Origin: Acaryochloris marina S15
GTDB lineage: Bacteria; Cyanobacteriota; Cyanobacteriia; Thermosynechococcales; Thermosynechococcaceae
Assembly: GCF_018336915.1 (NCBI RefSeq)
Contig: NZ_CP064923.1
Span: forward strand, 1,890,001 to 1,922,000
Reading direction: 5' to 3'
DNA length: 32,000 bases
Position numbers and translations under genes: made by a program. A model generated the notes under the pieces. That model made no database searches, was not told the origin of the DNA, and worked only from the letters and a program-made list of their open reading frames with translations. Of this stretch, positions 1 to 9,597 are shown in pieces; position 1 is the stretch's first letter; the number at the start of each line of letters is the position of its first letter.

Positions 1-3000
1 GCGGAGTTTAGCCGGGACCGATTTTAGGGATTTGCCATTTTTTAGGACAGAAATCTGGGGTTTGCCCTTGGGGGTGATGCTTAAGCTGACGGCGACCGAA
101 TCAACATCTACGGAAACAGCACCAGCGGCCAAATCCTGAATCGCCATCCCTTCCATGGCCCATTCCAGTCGCTGCGGATCAGGATACCCAGCCGTGCGCG
201 CCAAGTTATCCATACTAATTCGAGCTGCTAGCTTCTCACTGGCTTGACGCTGGGAGCCAAATTTACGGCTCTGGCGCAGAAATTCTTGGATGAGTTGATA
301 GCGTTCTAGTAGGTCTGTTTCTCGCTTTTTCCCCCTGGCTAAAGGCAATAGGCCCAGGGCTCTAACACTATCTTGATGGCGCTTGGTTTGAATTCGCTGA
401 ATCAGGCCATCCTGATCCGTTGCTCCGGTCATGGCCTCGGCAAAGAGTTGTGCTCGCTTATGGCCCCCGCCCCCGGAGGTGTACTTGGCTGCTTCATTTA
501 AGGCTGTCCAGCGATCCGGCTTCATGCCTTTGCGAATGCGCTGAAACCAAGCCACATCTACAGCACCATCCAGCAAATCCTGGCTAGAGAGGGGCGTCCG
601 TTCCGCTATCTGAGCTGCCCATAGGTCACGAATATCAGCGTCAACCTGCCAAGCCTCATCTTTGGTATGGCCATGAAACCACCAAACCGCTTCGGCAAAT
701 CCTTTCCATCGCAAGGCATGTTCAATGTAATTCACCCATTGGGGTGCATACATGGCCAGCTCTACAAGCTGCTGGGAGGGGATTGAGGTGGCTTTAATGG
801 CCTTGGCAAAATCCTGGGGGGTTTCGTCTTCTCCTGGAAAAGAATTCCGACAAAGATGGCTAAATACCGCAGCTCGACTTTTGCTGTCAGACACCCAGCC
901 TCGGACAAATTTTTCATGATCAAACTTTTGGAGGAGGCTCACTAGAGTTGCAATGCCCTCGATTGAACTTAGATTCTTGACAACTTCAGTGGCTGCTGTG
1001 GGCAGTTCTCCTCGGGTTAGTTCGATGGTAAGGATGCGATCGCAACATTGATTCACGATCTGACCGATCTTTTGATTAGCCTGAATGTATCGATGCGGCT
1101 TCCGTTGGGTCAACTTTCGCAGTTCGTGAAACTGTAAAGACATGGGGCGCGCCCCGATTAAGTAATCCCAGAAATCTGCATCCGTGGCAGCTTCAGCACC
1201 ATAGGCTAGGGAAATTTCTCGCAACTCAGGTCGAAGGCGCTGAATAAATCCCTCTTCTTTAGTGGTTTCGAAGCGGTCATAACTATAGTGCGTTTCTCCA
1301 GATTTGACTTGCCAATGGGGGACACTATCATCCCTAGGTTCATCAATCCAGCGCAGGAGCTGCCATAGGTGTCGAATCTGGGCCACAGACCATTGCGTTG
1401 AATAATCATGGAAATGGGCTCTGGCTAAATTCAGCCATACCAACAATCGTGAATTACGCCACTCCTTCTGCTTGCCTGCCCTCTGTTGATGGATGATGGC
1501 GAGGGTATATTGAGCGGTATTTAACAGGGCATCAACTAAATTTTGAGGTGGCTCCAGATAAATGAGCCAAGATAGAAGATCGGATATCCACGGGTAGGTT
1601 AGATTAATCGGGGTAACCCAACGTTCAAAAAGTTTAAGTTGCCATTTGGGTGGTTCGTTGCATCCTTGATCCATCCAAAAGTTGTAGTGAAATGACATGC
1701 TGCCCGCACCATGGCAAGCCGCAATGGCCCGAATGATTTCCAACCCGTCTGGATCTCGTAGGGATTCTGGGCGGTTTTCTAGCCATGTTTGCCAAACCTC
1801 TGCCAGGGGAAATCTTTTCAGATTCTCCTCCTGAGATAGCTTTAAATCGGGTGATGGAAACCAGTGAATATTCCCCAATAATTCTTCCTCGGGGTAGCCG
1901 TGATCAAGCACAACCCCGTCAGTGCAATGCGCCTGGATCAGCGCATTTAAAGCGGTCAGTATTTCCTGGGCTGCCTCTGACACTAAGGGAATGGGATGTT
2001 CGGGTTGCTCGGGGTATTGGGGATGCGATCGCAACTCCCAGGCCGCCAAACCTAAGGCATCATCCAAGGTAGGAATATCCTGTTGATCCGCCATCAGCTG
2101 ATCAAGCAACTCTTGCTCACTCGCCGTCCGCTTAGACCGCTGGCTGGCATAGGCTTCAGCGACGGGTTTGACCTGGCCCCGCTCCGCTTGCTGGAGCTGA
2201 ACAAGCAGTTCTAACCCGGCTTTTCGCTGAGGGGCTTTAGACGTATTCAGAAGACGTTGGGCACTCTCAATAGCAGCATCATCTTCTTGTTTCAACAACA
2301 AGGACAGCACGCCTCTTCTCAGGTCTGCTGCTTTGCGATGCAGCATAGATTCTAGGGTTTGGGCCTCAGTGGAAGTCGGACAATAGCGGTGAGCGTTAAG
2401 AGCCTTCATGATTTGCTCCCGGACATAGCTACTGCGATCGCGAATCAGATCGAAAATAACATCCTGAGCCTGATCATCCCAGGTCTGTTTGGCAATCAGC
2501 AGTTTCCCCACTTGAATGCGGCCCCATTCCCCCATCATTGTGCGATAAGGCATTAACCGCTCAACGGGGCGATTGCCTAAACTGTGAAGCAGGTTAGCGG
2601 TAATCTCTTGGAGGGTAATGGTGTAACTCATCCATGACCATACCAAGGGTTCAATTGGCGTTTCCTTGGCAGAAAAACGACTGATAAATGCTTCCAAAGC
2701 TTCAAAATCAGCCTTGCTTCCCAACACCAGATAGGCCTGAACGGCAACTCGGATATCCGGGTCGGCAAGACTTTGAGTGATGGCCTCTCTGGCTTGACCA
2801 ATATCCAATTGACGAAGCAGGTAAGCCGCCACAAATCGCTGTTCGACGGTCCCCGTTTCTAAGAGTTCAACCGCAGGGGGAATCGCTAGATCGACATTCT
2901 CAAAAGCCAGAGACCAGAGGGCGATGTAAACCTGGTTGGGGTCGTCACTTTGGAGCAACTCAGTTCGTTGGTTGGGATGCTCCAACAGTTGGAGAAGGAG

Positions 3001-3843
3001 TTCTAAACTCTCTTGAACCCGACGCTGGTGCTCCACCTCCCAACCCAGGCCAAACCACACATCCACGGCCCGAACCGTGGCGCTAAAGCGCACAAGATTA
3101 TGGTCTAAGATAACGCGGACGATACGCTGAAAGGCTTGGGGATGGGCTTCATCAATGGTTTCTAAAATGGTTTGTCGTAGCCCTTCTTGGCGTTGGGCAG
3201 CCACTAGTAGATTTTTAATCAGCTCCCAGCCGTCGGGCCGATTGGCCACTAACAGGGCACGAGTTACATGCCGGCCCATGGCACCAATCTCATGGTCACC
3301 CCGAGCGGAGTCACAGAGAATCTCGAAAACCTGATCGCCTAAGGTATCGCCTTGGTTAATGGCTGCTGCGAACAGGTACCCGAGATCATTACCATAGCCA
3401 AGATAAGGTGCCCAAGCCGCATACCAGTCCAGGGACTGTTCAAAACCTCGGATAACTCCCAGTAACGACTGAATAAAATTTCGATGGGCAATCTTATAGT
3501 GCTCAGGATGGTCCGACCGAAAGCCTCTGCGAGTGTAACCCACCTGATAGAGAATCAGGTCGTAAGCCCGCAGTACATAGTCACTAATTTGAGGGAATAA
3601 CACCTCAAAAAGTTGGCTGCGCTCTACTTCTGCCAGCTCAACCGCGTCCTGAAACGGTTGCCAATACGGTTCTCGATCATAGGGATTGCTCGATTCGTTG
3701 GGGGAGATTTCCAGGTGGAGCATTCTTAGCCCAATATGATTCAAGTTCTCGGGTAATGCGGCAAGTTCTGTTCTGCGACGATCCAGCCAGGTTTCAACCC
3801 GGAATTTCTTGAGAGACTCCTGAGCAAGTTCACGTTTAAGCAT
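1..3843 (-). CDS. Giant (>1,281 aa; C-terminus outside the window) helical-repeat protein of unknown function, tentatively DUF4132 / MolR-YehI-like
   Basis: Manual reverse-strand translation from ATG (3843..3841) gives 1,281 sense codons to position 1 with no stop (MLKRELAQESLKKFRVETWLDRRRTEL ... VLKNGKSLKSVPAKLR). It is absent from the supplied track, presumably because its stop lies outside the window. The four short ORFs the track lists inside this span are on the other strand or, for the two minus-strand ones, in another frame. C-terminal motifs (AAKYTSGGGGHKRAQLFAEAM, RALGLLPL, SQRQASEKLAARISMDNLARTAGYPDPQRLEWAME) match my memory of large DUF4132-containing proteins. This is not verified. 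Confidence 0.85.
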   Translation of the reverse strand, partial: MLKRELAQESLKKFRVETWLDRRRTELAALPENLNHIGLRMLHLEISPNESSNPYDREPYWQPFQDAVELAEVERSQLFEVLFPQISDYVLRAYDLILYQVGYTRRGFRSDHPEHYKIAHRNFIQSLLGVIRGFEQSLDWYAAWAPYLGYGNDLGYLFAAAINQGDTLGDQVFEILCDSARGDHEIGAMGRHVTRALLVANRPDGWELIKNLLVAAQRQEGLRQTILETIDEAHPQAFQRIVRVILDHNLVRFSATVRAVDVWFGLGWEVEHQRRVQESLELLLQLLEHPNQRTELLQSDDPNQVYIALWSLAFENVDLAIPPAVELLETGTVEQRFVAAYLLRQLDIGQAREAITQSLADPDIRVAVQAYLVLGSKADFEALEAFISRFSAKETPIEPLVWSWMSYTITLQEITANLLHSLGNRPVERLMPYRTMMGEWGRIQVGKLLIAKQTWDDQAQDVIFDLIRDRSSYVREQIMKALNAHRYCPTSTEAQTLESMLHRKAADLRRGVLSLLLKQEDDAAIESAQRLLNTSKAPQRKAGLELLVQLQQAERGQVKPVAEAYASQRSKRTASEQELLDQLMADQQDIPTLDDALGLAAWELRSHPQYPEQPEHPIPLVSEAAQEILTALNALIQAHCTDGVVLDHGYPEEELLGNIHWFPSPDLKLSQEENLKRFPLAEVWQTWLENRPESLRDPDGLEIIRAIAACHGAGSMSFHYNFWMDQGCNEPPKWQLKLFERWVTPINLTYPWISDLLSWLIYLEPPQNLVDALLNTAQYTLAIIHQQRAGKQKEWRNSRLLVWLNLARAHFHDYSTQWSVAQIRHLWQLLRWIDEPRDDSVPHWQVKSGETHYSYDRFETTKEEGFIQRLRPELREISLAYGAEAATDADFWDYLIGARPMSLQFHELRKLTQRKPHRYIQANQKIGQIVNQCCDRILTIELTRGELPTAATEVVKNLSSIEGIATLVSLLQKFDHEKFVRGWVSDSKSRAAVFSHLCRNSFPGEDETPQDFAKAIKATSIPSQQLVELAMYAPQWVNYIEHALRWKGFAEAVWWFHGHTKDEAWQVDADIRDLWAAQIAERTPLSSQDLLDGAVDVAWFQRIRKGMKPDRWTALNEAAKYTSGGGGHKRAQLFAEAMTGATDQDGLIQRIQTKRHQDSVRALGLLPLARGKKRETDLLERYQLIQEFLRQSRKFGSQRQASEKLAARISMDNLARTAGYPDPQRLEWAMEGMAIQDLAAGAVSVDVDSVAVSLSITPKGKPQISVLKNGKSLKSVPAKLR

Positions 3844-3844
3844 G

Positions 3845-4351
3845 TTATCTACCCACCAGTGCAACGAGTCTAATAAACGTTAAGCGGCTATCGAGCTTGA
3901 GGTGCACAGTGGCATCTAACTCTTCCTGCTGTACATCATCGAGAAACACGTAGTACAACCCGTCGATAAAGCCCATAATGGCGGTCTCGATAGCCGCTTC
4001 TTGATCCACGACTTGCTCAAAGTCGCGATCACCCAGGGTTACTTTGCCCTCAACCAGGCCCTGATGGATCGCATCCTTACTCAGGAACTGCTGCAGCTTC
4101 TGCTCCGTTTGCCGCTGTTGGAATGCCTGTACTTCAGCTCTGACGACGCAGGTGATCAGATCACGTAAAGTGAAGGGCGAGTTTAGTTGAGACGGAGGTA
4201 TAGGAACGGACCAGTCTGAGAAGATGGGGCGCCGTTTCCCAATGACTTTGCCCTCAACGGTGATACAGAAGGTCATTGTGATCAGAAGGAGGATTAGTGA
4301 AACAAATGTACTATAGCTAACGCAAATTAAATTGTCATCAGTGGAAAACAC
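3845..4351 (-). CDS. Hypothetical protein (168 aa from GTG 4351, or about 143 aa from ATG 4276), translationally coupled to the giant ORF
   Basis: ORF in the track. Its TAA (3847..3845) lies 1 nt before the ATG of the giant ORF (TAAcATG). The longer form adds a hydrophobic stretch (FVSLILLLITMTFCITV) that could be a membrane anchor. I recognise no family. Confidence 0.6.
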   Translation of the reverse strand: MFSTDDNLICVSYSTFVSLILLLITMTFCITVEGKVIGKRRPIFSDWSVPIPPSQLNSPFTLRDLITCVVRAEVQAFQQRQTEQKLQQFLSKDAIHQGLVEGKVTLGDRDFEQVVDQEAAIETAIMGFIDGLYYVFLDDVQQEELDATVHLKLDSRLTFIRLVALVGR

Positions 4352-4377
4352 AGAATATTGCTAGGAAATGGAAGTGC

Positions 4378-4581
4378 TCAATCTACTTCCAAGGAATGTT
4401 CAACCAAGAACCGCCCCGCCCATAATGCTCCCAGATTGCTCTCATAGAATTCACCATCGGTATGGACCTGTCCTTCAGGGGTGATCACCCAACATTGATA
4501 TCCCCATTCCAATGCATAGGAGATACCCACCAGCCATCCACCCGGAAATCCAAATAAATCTGTTATGGAGTCTATTGCCAT
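4378..4581 (-). CDS. Small hypothetical protein (67 aa)
   Basis: ORF in the track. There is a strong Shine-Dalgarno sequence, AGGGAGGG, 4 nt upstream of the ATG on the minus strand. It is the first gene of the minus-strand module divergent from recA. No family recognised. Confidence 0.55.
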   Translation of the reverse strand: MAIDSITDLFGFPGGWLVGISYALEWGYQCWVITPEGQVHTDGEFYESNLGALWAGRFLVEHSLEVD

Positions 4582-4626
4582 TCAACCCTCCCTACGAGGA
4601 GGAAAAGAGAAACTTTTTTTGTTCTG

Positions 4627-4658
4627 TTGACACAGAATTAGTACAAGTATACTATACT
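4627..4658 (+). promoter_or_regulatory. Putative recA promoter (-35 TTGACA; -10 TACTAT/TATACT) overlapping a LexA-box-like palindrome
   Basis: TTGACA lies at 4627-4632. -10-like hexamers lie at 4648-4653, 4650-4655 (17-nt spacer) and 4653-4658. AGTAC-AAG-TATAC-T (4640-4653) matches the cyanobacterial LexA box RGTAC-N3-DGTWC-B with one mismatch. AGTATACT (4646-4653) is a perfect 8-bp palindrome. The site is about 45 nt upstream of the recA ATG. Confidence 0.35.
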
Positions 4659-4698
4659 AGTCGAACAACCTCAAATTATCCCTTTGGAGATCCCGATC

Positions 4699-5757
4699 AT
4701 GGCCACCCATACTGACGCTTCGGAAAAGCAAAAAGCCCTGGACTTGGTGATGAAAAATGTGGAACGCACCTTTGGCAAAGGGGCGATTATGCGTCTTGGG
4801 GATGCCACTCGGATGCAGATTGAAACCATCTCCTCAGGGGCTTTAACCCTAGATCTAGCCTTGGGTGGTGGACTGCCAAGAGGCCGGGTGATCGAGATAT
4901 ACGGCCCTGAGAGTTCTGGAAAAACTACCGTAGCGTTACATGCGATCGCACAGATCCAAAAAAACGGTGGAGTAGCCGCCTTCGTCGATGCCGAACATGC
5001 CCTTGATCCAGTCTATGCCGCTGCCTTAGGGGTAGATGTTTCTGAATTACTCGTTAGCCAGCCTGACTCTGGAGAGATGGCTCTAGAAATTGTCGATCAG
5101 CTGGTTCGCTCCAGTGCCGTGGATCTCGTTGTTATCGATTCCGTCGCCGCCCTGACGCCTCGCGCTGAAATTGAAGGCGATATGGGCGACTCCCACATGG
5201 GTCTGCAAGCTCGACTGATGAGTCAAGCCCTGCGCAAAATCACTAGCAATATTTCTAAGTCCGGCAGTACCGTTATCTTTTTGAATCAGCTGCGCCAAAA
5301 AATTGGCGTTACCTACGGTAATCCTGAAGTCACCACAGGCGGTAACGCCCTCAAATTCTACGCTTCCGTTCGTCTCGATATTCGTCGCATTCAAACCCTC
5401 AAGAAAGGCACAGATATGTTTGGCATTCGGGCCAAAGTGAAAGTCGCCAAGAACAAAGTTGCTCCTCCGTTTCGGATTGCTGAGTTTGACATTCTGTTCG
5501 GCCAGGGTATTTCCACTATTGGCTGCCTCGTTGATATGGCAGAAGAAACGGATGTGATTGTCCGCAAAGGAGCTTGGTATAGCTATGACGGCAACAACAT
5601 TGGCCAGGGCCGAGAAAATACGATTCAGTACTTTACCGATAACCCCGAATTTTCTGAAGATGTCGAGCGCCAAGTTCGCCAAAAGTTGGAATTGGGGGCT
5701 GAAGTATCCGCCAACTCGATTACAGCTGTGGATACAGAGGAAGAAGAAGAGGCATAA
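4699..5757 (+). CDS. recA: Recombinase RecA
   Basis: [35 protein letters not shown]..., with Walker [10 protein letters not shown] and the canonical RecA core throughout. I take ATG 4699 as the start rather than the TTG at 4684 used by the track. Confidence 0.98.
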   Translation: MATHTDASEKQKALDLVMKNVERTFGKGAIMRLGDATRMQIETISSGALTLDLALGGGLPRGRVIEIYGPESSGKTTVALHAIAQIQKNGGVAAFVDAEHALDPVYAAALGVDVSELLVSQPDSGEMALEIVDQLVRSSAVDLVVIDSVAALTPRAEIEGDMGDSHMGLQARLMSQALRKITSNISKSGSTVIFLNQLRQKIGVTYGNPEVTTGGNALKFYASVRLDIRRIQTLKKGTDMFGIRAKVKVAKNKVAPPFRIAEFDILFGQGISTIGCLVDMAEETDVIVRKGAWYSYDGNNIGQGRENTIQYFTDNPEFSEDVERQVRQKLELGAEVSANSITAVDTEEEEEA

Positions 5758-5832
5758 TTTCTGCTTACTCTGCAGCAACTATTGTTGGGTGACCATTAAA
5801 CCCACTTTCATTCTTACATTGAGGAAAATTCA

Positions 5833-6207
5833 ATGATTGGATATGTGACTTTAGGTACAAACGATATCGCTAAAGCAGCCGAGTTTTATGATGCCCTACT
5901 CGCATTGCTCGGCGGCAAAAGGTTTATGGAATCCGACAGTTTTATTGCCTGGAGTGCAGGACCCGAGCAGGCTGGTGTTTGTATTGCCAAACCCTTCAAT
6001 GGCGAGCCTGCCACCGTCGGGAACGGCGTCATGATCGCCCTAATGGCTGAAAGTAATGACAAAGTGGATGAAATCTACAAAAAAGCCATTGAACTGGGTG
6101 CCCAAGACGAAGGTCCAGCAGGTCCGAGGGGAGACCTAGAGGGATTTTATGCGGGCTACTTCCGGGATCTAGATGGCAATAAACTCAATGTCTTTCATAT
6201 GCCTTAG
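5833..6207 (+). CDS. VOC family protein (glyoxalase / bleomycin-resistance / dioxygenase fold), 124 aa
   Basis: It has the single-domain VOC size and pattern (MIGYVTLGTNDIAKAAEFYDALL ... GYFRDLDGNKLNVF). GAGGAAAA SD precedes the ATG. No terminator is visible after recA. Confidence 0.8.
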   Translation: MIGYVTLGTNDIAKAAEFYDALLALLGGKRFMESDSFIAWSAGPEQAGVCIAKPFNGEPATVGNGVMIALMAESNDKVDEIYKKAIELGAQDEGPAGPRGDLEGFYAGYFRDLDGNKLNVFHMP

Positions 6208-6442
6208 CCCTATGGCCATCCATTAAGCGAAAGACGAGAAAACGAAATTGAGAAGACAATTCCGAATCTCCTAAGGATGTCGAGTTCTACCCGACACTGG
6301 AGAGCTGAAGTCAATATCAACGACGGCTGTGGAGATCAGAAAGGCAGCATCATACCCGCCGAATATACGGCACCTATCATTCGCAATCACACAAGCAAAC
6401 CACAGTATTTTCCCCTTACTAAAAAAGTAAAAGGAGACTTCC

Positions 6443-7219
6443 ATGGGTTTACAGGATCAAATCGGCAGTTTTTGCTGGTGGAGTTTAATGACGAAAGACG
6501 TATCAAAAGCGAATGATTTTTATCATCAGCTGTTTGATTGGCATTTGAGTGAAATGGAAATTCCAGGCCATGACAATGCCACGATTTATGCTGCGGGGAA
6601 TGGTGGATTTGCCAATCCTGTCCCCATCGAAAACGATTTTCCGTTCCCCAGTCACTGGATTGCCTATATCACCGTTGCTAATGTTGATGATGCCTGTCAG
6701 CAGGCTGAAAAATTGGGGGGCAAAGTCAGTGTCCCCACCTTTGAAATTCCATCCGTGGGCCACACAGCAGTGATCAACGATCCAGTCGGCGCTGCCTTTC
6801 ACGTTTTCACCCCTGCACAGGACAGTGACGATCTGAATATGATGGGTAAGGGGCCAGGAGAGATTTGCTGGATGGAGCTGCTAGTGGATGATCCGACTCC
6901 CGCTTTACCCTTCTACTCTGAGCTTTTTGGTTGGCAGTTTTCTGCGCCCATGTCCATGAATGGTGGCGACTATTACACCGTCAAGGTGAATGGCGAGGAT
7001 ATGGGCGGCATTATGAAGCGACCGCCGGATGTGCCCAAGATGCCTCCCCTCTGGATGAACTACTTCTCCGTCACCTCAGTGGAACAGTGGTCAGAAAAGG
7101 TCCAATCCTTGGGAGGAAAGATTGTGATGCCCAAAACAGCAATACCGGAGACGGGATTTTTTGCCTGCATAGAAGATCCGACCGGTGCCCATTCCTATTT
7201 ATTTGAGCTGACCCGTTAA
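6443..7219 (+). CDS. Two-domain VOC family protein (glyoxalase-like), 258 aa
   Basis: It contains two tandem VOC-like halves: FCWWSLMTKDVSKANDFYHQLFDW... and ICWMELLVDDPTPALPFYSELFGW..., each ending in the xDPxGAxF/Y pattern. AAAGGAG SD is present. Confidence 0.8.
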   Translation: MGLQDQIGSFCWWSLMTKDVSKANDFYHQLFDWHLSEMEIPGHDNATIYAAGNGGFANPVPIENDFPFPSHWIAYITVANVDDACQQAEKLGGKVSVPTFEIPSVGHTAVINDPVGAAFHVFTPAQDSDDLNMMGKGPGEICWMELLVDDPTPALPFYSELFGWQFSAPMSMNGGDYYTVKVNGEDMGGIMKRPPDVPKMPPLWMNYFSVTSVEQWSEKVQSLGGKIVMPKTAIPETGFFACIEDPTGAHSYLFELTR

Positions 7220-7247
7220 ACTTTTAGCACGTCAGCATGTTTGATTC

Positions 7248-9473
7248 ATGTCCTACGAGGCCACCCATCCGACCAATCTCCCGACTGAACAGCTGCAAGG
7301 GGTCGTAGAGCGGCTCACCTATCATTCCGACGAATCGGGATATACCGTGGCCCGCTTCAAAGCCCCTAGAACCCGCGAATTGATTACGATTGTGGGCAGC
7401 TTTGCCAATATCCAAGCGGGCCAAACCCTGAAAGTTCAGGGGATTTGGCGGGACCATCCTAAGTATGGCTCCCAATTTCAGGTCAAACAATATCAAGAAA
7501 CCAAACCAGCTACCCTTACGGGGATTGAAAAGTACCTGGGGAGTGGCTTAATCAAAGGCGTTGGTCCAGTGACCGCCAAGCGCATCGTGGCTCATTTTGG
7601 CCTAGAGACCCTGGATATTATCGAGAATCAGATTGAGCGCCTAGTTGAAGTCCCCGGCATTGCCAAGAAGCGAGTCAAACTGATTCAGACGGCTTGGGAT
7701 AGTCAGAAATCCATTAAAGAGGTGATGGTCTTTCTCCAGGGCCATGGCGTCTCCACCACCTATGCCGTCAAAATCTTTAAACAGTATGGGGACGAAGCCA
7801 TCGACATCGTTACCCAGAACCCCTACCGACTTGCAACCGATGTTTATGGTATTGGCTTTGTCACTGCCGATCAAATTGCCCGTAACCTGGGTATCTCTCC
7901 CCATTCAGAGTATCGCTATCGTAGTGGTCTGTTACATGTCCTGAGCGAATCCGCCGATGAAGGGCATTGCTATTTACCTCAACCCGACCTGATCGATCGA
8001 GCCGTGAAGCGGTTGACCCTTCCCGAATATCAACCCAAGCCTGATCAAGTGGCATACCTAATCCAGGTCATGATCGCGGATGCTGAGCTGATTGTTGAAC
8101 AGTTCGAACAGGATGATTCAGTAGAGCTACTTTGCTATGCACCTTCCTTCTTTCGAGCGGAGTTTCATCTTGCCCGACGATTACTCCAAATGCTGGCTCA
8201 TCCCCTTGAAGTAGATCAGGGGCGAGTTCGCAGTTGGCTCGATCGCTTTATGGCTCAAACAACTGTTTCTCTCTCGAAACAACAGCAGCAGGCAGTCGAA
8301 TTAGCTACTAGCCAGCGAGTCGTGATCCTCACCGGAGGACCAGGGACAGGGAAAACCTTCACCACTCGGACCATTGTGGCTCTCTGGAAGGCCATGGGAA
8401 AAGAAATTGTCTTGGCTTCTCCTACAGGCCGGGCCGCACAGCGACTGAGTGAAGTGACGGGCCATGAAGCGAAAACCATCCATCGTCTTCTGGAATTTGA
8501 CCCTAAAACAATGAAGTTTCAGCGGGATTCAGACTGCCCTATCCCTGCCGATGCAGTGGTGATTGATGAAGCTTCCATGCTGGATCTATTCCTCGCGAAT
8601 TCCTTAATTAAAGCGATTGATACCAACGCTCAACTGTTGCTGGTTGGTGATACGGATCAGCTACCCAGTGTGGGACCCGGAAATATTCTGCTGGATCTCA
8701 TTACGTCTCAGCGGATTCCCGTGTTGGAACTAAAGGAGGTTTTTCGCCAAGCCCAAGCCAGTCACATCATTCAAAATGCTCATCAGATTAACCAAGGCAA
8801 GTTCCCCCATCTAGAGTCCGTGAGTCTGACCCCAAAGACGGATTGTTTGTGGATTGGGACACCTGAACCAGAACATGGTCAGCAGGCCATCCAAGAACTG
8901 ATCAACGACCTGATGCCGCAATTGGGGTATGTGGCGGTGCAGGATGTGCAAGTCCTTTGTCCCATGACTAGAGGGGAGGTGGGAACTCGCAGACTCAACC
9001 AAGTTCTCCAATGCTTGATCAATCCCCCCAGTCCTAATAAAGCTGAAATATCGAGAGGGGGATTGACTCTCAGGGTGGGTGATCGGGTGCTTCAGCAGGT
9101 CAATGATTACAACCGCGAGGTCTTCAATGGCGATATGGGGGTGATCGAGGCGATTAATCTGGAAGAGGTAGCCGTGACGGTTCGGTATGGAGAGCGGTCT
9201 GTTGCCTACGATCTGGCGGACTTAAATGAAATCGGATTGGCTTGGGCCGTCACAATTCATAAAAGCCAGGGGTCGGAATATCCCGTGGTGATTTTGCCAA
9301 TGTATATGCAGCACTACATTATGTTAAGCCGCAATCTGCTCTACACGGGCTTGACGAGGGCTAAGAAACTGGCGATTCTAGTTGGCCCCAAGAATGCGAT
9401 CAGTATGGCGATTCGACAGGTCAAGGATAAGCAGCGATATACCTTGCTAGATCAACGGTTAAGCCTTAGGTAG
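7248..9473 (+). CDS. recD2: RecD2-like SF1B ATP-dependent DNA helicase
   Basis: 741 aa with Walker A GGPGTGKT, DEASM, VGDTDQLPSVGPG, and C-terminal TIHKSQGSEY / YTGLTRAK motifs. The N-terminal region is of the RecD2 type. The start lies 28 nt after the upstream VOC stop. Confidence 0.93.
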   Translation: MSYEATHPTNLPTEQLQGVVERLTYHSDESGYTVARFKAPRTRELITIVGSFANIQAGQTLKVQGIWRDHPKYGSQFQVKQYQETKPATLTGIEKYLGSGLIKGVGPVTAKRIVAHFGLETLDIIENQIERLVEVPGIAKKRVKLIQTAWDSQKSIKEVMVFLQGHGVSTTYAVKIFKQYGDEAIDIVTQNPYRLATDVYGIGFVTADQIARNLGISPHSEYRYRSGLLHVLSESADEGHCYLPQPDLIDRAVKRLTLPEYQPKPDQVAYLIQVMIADAELIVEQFEQDDSVELLCYAPSFFRAEFHLARRLLQMLAHPLEVDQGRVRSWLDRFMAQTTVSLSKQQQQAVELATSQRVVILTGGPGTGKTFTTRTIVALWKAMGKEIVLASPTGRAAQRLSEVTGHEAKTIHRLLEFDPKTMKFQRDSDCPIPADAVVIDEASMLDLFLANSLIKAIDTNAQLLLVGDTDQLPSVGPGNILLDLITSQRIPVLELKEVFRQAQASHIIQNAHQINQGKFPHLESVSLTPKTDCLWIGTPEPEHGQQAIQELINDLMPQLGYVAVQDVQVLCPMTRGEVGTRRLNQVLQCLINPPSPNKAEISRGGLTLRVGDRVLQQVNDYNREVFNGDMGVIEAINLEEVAVTVRYGERSVAYDLADLNEIGLAWAVTIHKSQGSEYPVVILPMYMQHYIMLSRNLLYTGLTRAKKLAILVGPKNAISMAIRQVKDKQRYTLLDQRLSLR

Positions 9474-9597
9474 TGCATCAGGTGTAACTGGAGAGAACAG
9501 CACGAGCTTTTACCAGTAAATTTTTTATCAGAGGAGGAATAATTGCTGAAGGTTGGTATCTCATCGGATTGATCCATTTGTAGTTGGAGGATTTTGT

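Noticed and set aside
1206-2834. Four short ORFs from the track (1206..1409 -, 1785..2072 +, 2359..2556 +, 2628..2834 -)
   Set aside because: All lie inside the uninterrupted 1,281-codon minus-strand ORF, in other frames or on the other strand. Their compositions are not protein-like, so they are shadow ORFs.
5083-5836. 231-aa antisense ORF (5083..5778 -) and 92-aa ORF (5558..5836 +) overlapping recA
   Set aside because: They overlap the unambiguous recA reading frame, and I recognise no motif in them. These are typical shadow ORFs of a highly expressed gene.
6277-6516. 79-aa ORF upstream of and overlapping the two-domain VOC gene
   Set aside because: It has no SD, overlaps the SD-supported start at 6443, and its composition is implausible.
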